A program made the position numbers and the translations under genes. This document shows, one piece after another, positions 8,981-18,109 of a DNA stretch of 32,000 nt. The DNA is from Candidatus Saccharimonadota bacterium. Lineage in GTDB: Bacteria; Patescibacteriota; Gracilibacteria; BD1-5; UBA2023. The stretch is from the NCBI GenBank assembly GCA_042852035.1, contig BAAFHK010000003.1, positions 1-32,000 of the forward strand, given 5' to 3'. Numbering within the stretch: the stretch's first letter is position 1; each line of letters begins with the position of its first letter. The notes beneath the pieces were generated by a model that saw only the letters and a program-made list of their open reading frames with translations, had not been told where the DNA came from and did no database searches.

Positions 8981-9924
8981 CATACCTTCAACTTCATAGA
9001 ATCTGCGATCAAGAGTGCGTTTTTTGTGCCCAACCCTCGAATGGATCAGTACTCGATTTCAAAGCCATAAAGAAACAAATAGATGCTTTTGTTCAAGATG
9101 GTTACTCAAAGGTTATTTTTTCTTGAGGAGAACCAAGTCTCAATAAAGATTTTTTTGAAGTTATTGCGTACGGTAAAAGTCTCGGCATCGAAATGACCAT
9201 TCTCTCAAATGGTCATCGATTTTCGGAGTATGATTTCGCAAAAAAATCCGTCGAATCATGACTTCTACAGTACCATATATCCCTCCATTCACATATATCA
9301 GATATACACGACGCCTTAGTAAAAAAACCATGATCCCTGAAACGATGTTTTCAAGCGCTTCATCATCTACTATCACTCTCTGCGCACATCACAATAAATA
9401 TAACGATTAATGCTTATAATGTATCCTATTTTGATAGGCTTATTAAAGCTATCCTCAAAGAATTCCCTTCTATTCATGGATTTATTATCAATAACCTTGA
9501 AACCTCTCAGATTCCTCGAGAGCATTATAGTGTTATAGCAAAACTTTCGGAGATAAAAAAAACCATTCCGAATACCCTTCAAATTTTAGAAAATTCTGGT
9601 AAAAAATTCCGTATAGAAAGGGTTCCTTTCTGCTATATTCGATGATACGAGCATCATTCTACCGATCTTGAGTACGTCATCGACGGGGAAGAAAAATTTC
9701 TTCACTATCTCTGAGAGTCAAGAGCGTCTCACAAGGTAAAAAAAGAAAACTACGTTCATAACTCCAAATATGGCGAATCATGCTCAGCATGTGATCTAAA
9801 ATGACTCTGTGCTGGTCAGGAAGGTCTCAATATCCACTACTTTCCCGAAGAGCTTATTCCACAGACCGTAAGTGAAGCTGAGAAAAAACAAATTATTCAA
9901 AAATTCTATGAATGTTATTGTTAA
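8968..9924 (+). CDS. radical SAM enzyme, possibly HxsC-like (tandem paralog 2)
   Basis: ATG 8968 overlaps the previous CDS by 13 nt. Motifs: HRICDQECVFCAQPSNG; IFS-G-GEPSL (first Gly is TGA); ISLHSH; ERVPFCYIRGYE (compare RIPMCYLRGFE in the paralog); SCSACDLKGLCAG. Stop TAA 9922..9924, 318 aa. Confidence 0.7.
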
Positions 9925-11434
9925 CATCTCATGAGATACCTGAACGAATACACCTCCAAAAATTGCAAGACTTCTGGAGCTTTGAGAGACCTTCCCTATT
10001 CCGAAAAGTATTTATTTCCCTCTCTCTTATATTTCGGACATGGATGATATTCTTCATGCGTACGAAACACTCATTCATGAAGAGAAATATATCGTGCGTT
10101 CAGCGGATAAAACTGAAGATGGAGATCATAAAAGTTATGCCGGAGTATATCTAACAAAAACAAATAAGTATTCCAAGAAGAACCTGAGAAATGATATTCT
10201 TTCAGTAGCTCTGGGACTGTCAGAAGGAGGCTTTATACTTATCCAAGAATATATTGAGGCAGATTTTTCATGAATATACTTTGGAAACATTGGTTATGAG
10301 AGGAGTTGAATTGAGTATATTGCTGGATGAAATGAATTATTAACAAACTGAAGTGAAGTTGGATCAAGTATAATCTTCGATAAAAATGGGAAGCAAATCG
10401 TAAGTGAGGTTCAATATCAAGATTCGATACTTAAAAACTCTCTTCAAAAAGAGGACTTTTGTTCTTATGCAAATATTCGCATGAGTGAAAGAGAAGCGAT
10501 AAAAGATACCCTCTTCAATCTAAAAACCACTTCCTGAAATAATATAGATGTGGAATGGGCTATAAAAAATGGTCGAGTGTACATACTCCAAATTCGTTCA
10601 ATCACAAAACCTCTCGCTTTACCTCAGGATAGAGTAGACAAAAATAACCTCATAAAACCCTTTCGAGAAATTCTCGGGAAATGCGCTTTCATGCAGATAT
10701 TTTTTCGGGAACTATGATTTGAATCTTCGAGTATTATCTATGATATGGGATGAGGACTTCTCTATTGTGGAGTCTTTGGGAACAATGCCCAACAAGAACA
10801 ATTAGTCCAGATTATCAATTCAGACAAGCTCTACATCCTCTTAGATCGTGAAGATCCTCAATATGAGAAAATATTTCAAGAAAATGAGCGAAATGAACTC
10901 CGGTTCAAAGACCAGCGACTCGAAAGTTTGTTTGAAAAATATAGAAAAGATACTGGCATAGCAATCTTTCTCGCACGACTTCGAGTACATTCTGACCTGA
11001 GTCTCTTTTGTGACTTTAGGTATCCTTGACTTTTTTTTCTCAAACAGGAAAAAACTTTTTCAAGTTTACTCGAAGAAAAAAATAAAAGCGAATGAACTCT
11101 CTCTCTAGGACTAGGAGATGAGATTCCTTTTTCGTCATCACATAACCTTGAATCTCTCGAGGAGAGAGAATTGAGTGTAACAAAAAATATACAAGTCACA
11201 TGATTCGAGAATTCTGTATTCGTTGGATTTGATATACGCGACTATAAAGTTCATCCAAATATAAAACTTCTCCTTTTGGAACGATCAAGTCATCTTTCAC
11301 ATGGTGCGATACTCGCCCGAGAAATTGGTATACCCTGCATATATGGAGTAAAATGAATTACATCTCATCTCAAATTATGACAGAGACTGGTAATTGACAA
11401 AATTAATTATAATATTAAAATATGTAAATACTAA
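9908..11434 (+). CDS. PEP-utilising-enzyme-like phosphotransferase (PPDK_N ATP-grasp domain + swivel phosphohistidine domain, no TIM-barrel domain)
   Basis: ATG 9908 overlaps the previous CDS by 17 nt. The N-terminus is MNVIVNISGDTGTNTPPKIARLLELGETFPIPK (GGK..L..G.P-type). IVRSADKTEDGDHKSYAGVYLT and DVEWAIKNGRVYILQIRSIT match PEP synthase / PPDK / rifampin-phosphotransferase ATP-grasp motifs. The C-terminal LLERSSHLSHGAILAREIGIPCIYGV is the mobile His domain. I translated codon by codon from 10262 to TAA 11432..11434 and found no TAA or TAG. 508 aa. Confidence 0.7.
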
Positions 11435-11449
11435 CTTAGTAATTGGGGT

Positions 11450-13090
11450 ATGAATCAACTATCAAGAAAATACACTCTCAGTGAAGAGATTTGAGAGTTT
11501 GATACATGAAAGAACCTCAAATGAGCTCCTTCTACAAGATTTCAGGTAGCCGCCCTTCTCGATGAATCTCAACAACGAATGAATGGGCATGCAACTCAAG
11601 AGATTTTAGACATGACTCCTCCAACTGTGCTCATCGCTGAATATGCCAGAGCAAAGTGAGTACTCAAGATTCAACATAATGGAAGGATTATTGAAATTCC
11701 CGGAGGAGAAATATGAGGTGATGAAATAGTTTATTTGAGTCAAAAAGCAATAGAAGTATCACCATGAATAAATGAATGGCTTCGTGAAAATCCAGACTGT
11801 ATAAGAATTGAGTGAGAGTATCTCGTAGCGATTCACTTACCTGAAGGAGGAAAACGGTGAGGATTCTTTGATATTGTTATGAAAGAATTTTCTTCTACAG
11901 CAACCTCTCCACTGAAGCACGACATCGTTGAGCTCCATCTATGAGCCTGAGACTCAAAATTTTCCACCGTTATGGAGTGAGTCACTCCAAGTATGTTAGG
12001 AAAAATGCTGCGAAGAAAATTTAACATCGGAAATAATCCTAACTGGCAAAGCGAGCGAACACGAGAAAATCATGAGCGTCATTATGAGAAACTTCTTTGA
12101 ATCCCCGGAATAAAACCTCCTCAAATCTATCTCACTCTTTCAGGAAAATCAGCTAATACTGCGGTAATTCGTGATGTTTCAAAGAGTACCCCACCAAACA
12201 CCCTAACTGTATATCCTGGTTATTTTTTTCTGAATGAACCCGATTTCCCAGAGGGTACAAAAAATACGATTCATGATACCACTCAGTGATTTTTTGCATC
12301 TGTAGAATCTTGATATGCAGGAATCCAAAAGGAAGAGTATGATGCATGACTTTTAGAAGCGGTGAGAAAAATGATTAATCTCGCCTCAAGAAACACAGGA
12401 ACTTCATATTCTATATCTCTTGATGTCACTTCTGATATTCTGTCTTTCCAAAAAAGTGAACTCTGACAACTCATTCAAAAAGCCCTTAAACTGCAAAATC
12501 TTCGGGTTATTATTACGAGCAGTCTGACGAAATATAATCGAAATGAACCGAACTATCATTTTGGAATTATTGCTGATTTTTCATGAGAAGACCCCCTCTC
12601 TCTTGATGTCCTTGTAGAAACATCATATGGCTGACTCTCACCACTTTGAATCCTCCAATACCCTCGTCTTAAGAAAAATGAACTTGAGTGACTCAAATCC
12701 CAATCACAAAAATCCTGAGAGGCTTTTCTCTCATGATTCAAGCAGGCTGTATGAGATATATGAAATGGGATTATAGAGATTGAATCTTATACCCCCTATA
12801 GCTATATTCGATTCCCGTGACTCCCCGAAGATAAACGAAATAGACTCGTAAGTGAATTTCTCAAAGAGAGAGCTATACGCCCCTATGTAGGAAGTTCATT
12901 TTACCTCGAAGACTTCCGGATATGCGATGTCCCCGATGTGAATTGTTCACGTTTCTGAACAAGTAGTGATCGTAGCTTTCGTAATAATATTCGAGTGAGT
13001 TTCCCAACTTGAGATAAAGACGCGGCAAAAATGGGATTACTGGTGGGAGAAAAAATCAGAAATCTACTACAAGAAGCCACTTTTTCATAG
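11450..13090 (+). CDS. PLP-dependent-enzyme-like protein (fold type I, Cys/Met-metabolism-like motifs)
   Basis: ATG 11450, TAG 13088..13090, 546 aa, open only with TGA = Gly. Motifs: LTLSGKSANTAVI; RVIITSSLTKYNRNEPNYHFGII (S-x-T-K lysine motif); C-terminal NNIRVSFPTGDKD (compare RLSVGLED). The functional call is motif-level only. Confidence 0.5.
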
Positions 13091-13145
13091 TGTAGAAGAA
13101 CTTACTGTGTGATTGTAAATTTTAAAAAAATCGTATAATCACACC

Positions 13146-15392
13146 ATGCCAAATCTTATTATTCGGGAAGAGGAATTCTCTTGAGTTCCTTCGACGATTA
13201 GTTTCCCCCAACTCGTTCTAATACTCAGTTTTCTCAAGAAAAGATGAGAGAATCAGATTCGAATCTGCTGAGTCCATCCACTCAAACATCCAGAAGTAAA
13301 GAAGATTGTTGAAGTAATTCGGCGAGGAGGATTCGATTCAACCTTTGTTCTTTCATCCGAAGAAATAAAACAATGCATATTTCCTGAGAATATCACTCAG
13401 GCTGAGATTATTGTTCACGATATCAACTCCCTTCGTGCTGAGGATATAAAAATCATTAAAAATACGACCGAAAATATCCTTCTTGAATTCGAAGTTCCAG
13501 CAGAAAAAGATACCTATAAAAAAATTATTAATTTCTGTGAAAGTACAGAAATTCGAGATATTCGATACCGAGTACATCATCCTGAATTTTGAGAGAAAGA
13601 GATTTCTACACTTCCAGAAGAAAGGATAAACTCTCTATTTGAACATATTGTTACTTATAAAAATTCCTTCAACATTTCCCTGAATTGTGGAATCAGTAGA
13701 GACTTATTTTCTTCATCCCAAAAAGAAAAATTGTCTCAAATTTCATACTTTTGGAATGAAGGATGCTCTGGGTATGTTTGAAGGTATGATATCTATCCAA
13801 ATGGCGAAATAAAAAAATGTAAGCCCCTTAAAAAACTCTATGGGATTGATGGACTCAGACTCGAAAATTTTGATTCTGAAAATGATCTCTTCTTGGCTAT
13901 TGATATTGAGGAAAGTACTTCAGGTTGCATTACAGAAAAGCCCTATCCAACAAAAGACGAAATGCCGTTCGATAATTATCCATGATTTTATGAAGAAGAT
14001 AATCGAAAAAATCGTCACGTCCTACGAACGACCAAGGAACTTATAGAAAAAAAGAATACCGTCGTTCTTCCACCAGAACTTGTTCGAGGAAAGTCTGTTC
14101 TTGATCTTGGATCTTGTATATGAGCGATGTGACAGTGGGCACTCTTTTATGGGGCCAAGTCATATACCTGAGTAGAAATTCAAGAATCGTATGCAAAAAC
14201 ATCCAGAAAACTCCTCGCTCACCACGGTGACAAAGTAAGAATCATACAAAGCAGTCTCGAGAAATTTCTTTCAACGAATACAGAAAAATTTGATATCGTA
14301 CTTTGTCTCTGAGTGATTTATGTTGCGATTGACTACTATTCGATACTGAGAAAAATCTCTGAAATATGTAACGATTTTACGGTTATCGAGTCATTCTACC
14401 CAGATAACAGACTCCTCGACACTAATGTACCATGAGTACTCTTTGTAAATGACCATGGGATTAATCTTTCGACTCATAATGCTTCTCTCATGTGAAGATG
14501 AAGTCATATTAGTCCAAGTGGCCTTGATTTTCTCATGTCATGACTCTGAATGACTTCAGAGTGAGACATCCTACAACCAATGAAGATCTATCAGTGAATC
14601 GATTCCTATAGAATCCGATGAGTATGAAGGTACATGAAACGTTATCATCAAGGGAAACAAAAAAGTCTCCCTTCTCTTTCTGAGAAACTCGAACATGGGA
14701 TTATTGATAGAATCAAGCCTTGGGAAATGATGCAAAACTGACTCGAACCTAAAGAAGTAAGTGGACCATGGGAATTTGGCAATAAAATTGCGCATAATTT
14801 TTTCGATCACGCAAAGAATCATATCCCAAATTATGAAAAAACCATAGATCTCTGCCTACAGATTGTCCAAAAATACCTCCCAAATAGAAGTTCAAGAATT
14901 CTTGAATTTTGAAGCGCAATTTGATATACCCTTGAGAAATTTGAAAGGGCAGGATACAGAAATATTCTTTGAATCGAAAAGTCAGAGTCGATGTATAACC
15001 AAAGTACAATGAAAGAACATGTACGAGTACGAGATACCTTAATAGATGAAGATGGTCTATTTTCTGCTATTTTAGCGAATTGGACACTTCATTTTATCGA
15101 GGAACGTGAACCTATCATACAATCATTTTACAATCATCTTGAAGTAGGATGAATCCTTATAATTACAGATAAGGTGTCCTCGTCTGGACTCTCACACGAA
15201 CTGTATATGGATTTTAAACGATCTAATTGACTTTCAGAAGATGAGATTCAAACAAAAACAAAGTCTCTTAAAGGAGTGCTCTTCCCATTCGATATTACTT
15301 GGTATTTTACTACCCTGAAGAAAATAGGATTCTCAAGCATCGATATCATCACGGCAAGTCCATCTTTTGTAACATTTCTCATACAGAAATAG
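13146..15392 (+). CDS. three-domain fusion: radical-SAM/SPASM-like domain lacking Cx3Cx2C + CmoB-like methyltransferase domain + CmoA-like (carboxy-SAM synthase family) domain
   Basis: ATG 13146, TAG 15390..15392, 748 aa in one frame. The N-terminal ~290 aa has radical-SAM-like strands (IRICGVHPLKHPEV..) and a twitch/SPASM-like NEGCSGYVGRYDIYPNGEIKKC, but no CxxxCxxC. The middle domain reads KSVLDLGSCI-G-AM-G (TGA at 14121 and 14130), ...FDIVLCLGVIYVA, compare CmoB TILDVGCGSGYH...FDTVFSMGVLYH. The C-terminal domain reads PWEFGNKIAHNFFDHAKNHIPNYEK...RILEF-G-SAI-G-YTL...NWTLHFIEE...GGILIITDK...[22 protein letters not shown], compare E. coli CmoA [24 protein letters not shown]...VYDLGCSLGAATL...NFTLQFLEP...GGALVLSEK...[22 protein letters not shown]. 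Confidence 0.65.
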
Positions 15393-15398
15393 AAATTC

Positions 15399-15426
15399 TT
15401 GATATTCTCATTTTTTAAAATATAAT
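15399..15426 (+). promoter_or_regulatory. near-consensus sigma70-type promoter directly upstream of precursor A2
   Basis: TTGATA (15399..15404), a 16-nt spacer, then TATAAT (15421..15426). The ATG at 15444 lies 18 nt downstream of the -10 box. The element sits in the 51-nt gap after the fusion CDS. Confidence 0.4.
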
Positions 15427-15443
15427 CCCCTAAATATTTCTAT

Positions 15444-15944
15444 ATGGAAAAAAAAGGAATCATCCCAAAGTTCAAAAAGAAACTTACCGCCTTCCTTACT
15501 GAAGAAGCCGGAAGTATTCGTAGAGAAGATATCCTCACCATCGGTGCGGCTACTCTTCTCGTAGCATGAGGACTTTCAGATCAGGCAAATGCCTATCTCA
15601 CTCTTGGTGACTGTCATACTAACCATAATAATTTCGTAAGTACATCAGATGGTTATACTCATTCGAGTGGATGGGTCCATTCAAACACGACTCCTGCGCC
15701 TCTCTGTATGCATGAGAACTACACAACCCCATCTGCCTGAGGACATGGAAATGCAGTAGCGGTAAATACCTCAACTGCCTGATCTGATAATAAAATCGTA
15801 AACTGACACTATAATCAGATTCCAAGCGCTGGAGCATCACACGTAAATCGTTGACATGCGAACGTAAACCCAGTATACTATGTTGCTCACAATGACGGAT
15901 ACGTTTATCATAGCAGTCATGCGAATCATTCGGATGGTGGTTAA
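15444..15944 (+). CDS. precursor peptide A2 (HxsA-like His-Xaa-Ser-rich peptide)
   Basis: ATG 15444, TAA 15942..15944, 166 aa with 5 in-frame TGA. Leader: MEKKGIIPKFKKKLTAFLTEEAGSIRREDILTIGAATLLVAGGLSDQANA, homologous to the A1 leader. The core has 13 His, including GYTHSSGWVHSNT and YVYHSSHANHSDGG (His-Ser-Ser / His-Xaa-Ser), and shares the GGHGNAVAVNTST and NGHYN motifs with A1. Confidence 0.65.
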
Positions 15945-15964
15945 GATTTTTAAGCTTTTATAAT

Positions 15965-16978
15965 ATGAAAGGAAGAAATATACTCATATTAATGATTTGA
16001 GTGGCTATTTTTGGGGTTTTTTTGTTTATAAACAACGAGGACAATTGAGCCTCTTCGTTATTTTCCACGAGAAAAAATCCTTTCTTAAACTGATCTTGAA
16101 ATAACCTTACTTCTGATACTACGAGCAAGGAGATTTTAAAAAATATTTATACTGCTTCAAAGTCAAACTCTGGCAGTCAAGATTCTTTTAGTTGAAGTCT
16201 TACCCAAGTAGAAATTATCTGAACCTTGCCTCAAGGTATTACTTCAGATATGAGTGGAAGTTGATTTTTTATATCAGGATCTACCGTCTATGGAGATAGA
16301 AGTCGTGTACTCGTACTCGAAGATGGTCGTATAATCATAGGATATGAGCCTTGGCAAGCAGCAAAAAACTGGAAAGAAATACAGGCACCAGAGTGATGGT
16401 GACTCGATAAAGACATTATACCTCGAAGATTCTATTATTATACCACTTGAATGACTGAGGAAAATCTCAAGAAGGTAGCTGAGAACGTACGATTGCGGTA
16501 TAATGTAATGCACAACCTCATTCATAATACGAATCAGGATGACATCCTCGTAAAACAAGGAAAGGAGTGCCTTACGCAAATAGACAAATCTTTTGAGTAC
16601 CCAAATACTCCTCAAGATGGATTTTTTAAGATATGTAAGCCCCCTGTAACGAATGAGAAACGTTTTAGCTCGGAGAAAGACCCTGCATTTGTGAGATACG
16701 CTTTTTCACTACTTTATAAAGCATCGCAAGAAAATGATATAAAAATCTGTGATAAGATTGGCGATATCTCATTTGATGTAAAAACCTATTCGAGTCAATT
16801 TAATCTTTGACAATACTCTCTTATATGTCGATGAATCATCGACTGAGGAGGACAAAAGATTCTTGATTACGTATATTGATTCACGGTTATAAGTGGCCTT
16901 TCGAACCGATGTGAACTCTATGCTGACGAAGAGAAAATTCAGAAAATTTGTGAATCAATTACAGATACCCTGAGGTAA
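15965..16978 (+). CDS. membrane-anchored hypothetical protein
   Basis: ATG 15965 gives MKGRNILILMIGVAIFGVFLFI (N-terminal TM/signal anchor). The frame stays open with TGA = Gly through track ORF 16451..16810 to TAA 16976..16978. 337 aa. No family recognised. Confidence 0.5.
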
Positions 16979-17011
16979 AAATTACTCCCTTCGTTATTAA
17001 CACGCGTCAAA

Positions 17012-18109
17012 ATGTCCACTATTCAAAGTTTCCCATACACTATTTGATACAACGATAACAAGGTATTAAATATTTATATAGAAAAATATAAGCAAATTCT
17101 CCACCATCTCGCCCAGAAGCACCTCGATAAAGACATCGCAGCTACTCCTGATATTCTCCAATTTTTATCAATTGGAGATATAGCATCAAACCTTTTATTA
17201 CTCGGGAAGCCTGAACCATGAAATGGCGCTGAGTATGCGAAGAAATTCTTAGAGAAAGAATGGGCGGAGTTTAAAATCGGTGGACTCCAAAATCTTTCGT
17301 CTGTCAAGTGATCAAAGATCCCAGGAACAAATATCCTTCTTACCAACAACGATTATACCCCAGGAGGCGTCGCGAGGATTAATCATCCAAGCCAAAAGGA
17401 TGGAGCTCAACTTACGGGATTTTCTTCGATTGAAGAAAAAGAGTGGCTTAACCTCTATGCTCAGGTTTTTGAAAAAATCCGTGAGATACATCCATGATTT
17501 TATACCGAATTAACAAGCGTCCTACAAAAAGTTGTCCCAATAGGAATATCTCGTGACTGTCATAACTCTGGATCATTCTCGGACTGTATCGGACACATAT
17601 ATATGAGCTACCCGATAGGGAATATTGAACCAGTGATTGCCGTACTTGAGGCAGTTATCCACGAGTACAATCATAATAAACTTCATATTATTATGATGTC
17701 TGATCCATTGATTCTCAACAGTGGTGAAGAAATATACTACTCTCCGTATAGGCCCGATGCGAGACACCTATATGGTATTTATGCGTGACTTCATGCTCTA
17801 TCCGCCGTTTTATATGTTATCTTTACTTGAATTCAAGAAGGCACTCTCACTTCACCAAGTAAGGACCTAATTCTGAAGTCGCTCCTCTACTTCATGAAAG
17901 ATGAGGCGTCAGTTCGGGTCCTAGAAAAATATGGGAAATTCTCCCCTCTCGGACAAGAGCTCCTCAATGAAATGAAAGCGGTACATAAGCATACCCTGGG
18001 AATTATAAAAGAGCTCCGATACGGTCATGAACTCTTAGAAGCTGCTTCTCGAGAATGCAGAAATCACTTCCTTGAAGCACAAAAAAATAACAAAAAAATC
18101 CTATACTAA
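17012..18109 (+). CDS. HExxH-motif domain protein (family of peptide-modifying, aKG-HExxH-type hydroxylase-like proteins)
   Basis: ATG 17012, TAA 18107..18109, 365 aa. The track fragments at 17280, 17603 and 17894 are mostly pieces of this gene or shadows of it. The core reads PVIAVLEAVIHEYNHNKLHIIMMSDPLILNSGEEIYYSPYRPDARHLYGIYAGLHALSAV. That is the HExxH..L...(~20)..SP.R.D.R...G pattern of the HEXXH motif domain found beside radical SAM/SPASM maturases (from memory). Confidence 0.65.

Noticed and set aside
13113-13139. A possible internal promoter TTGTAA-15 nt-TATAAT ending 7 nt before ATG 13146 (implying a leaderless mRNA), inside an 8-bp inverted repeat (gtgtgatt...aatcacac)
   Set aside because: The -35/-10 spacing of 15 nt is poor and the -35 box is weak. 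AT-rich DNA yields many TATAAT-like hexamers by chance. I did not list it as a feature.
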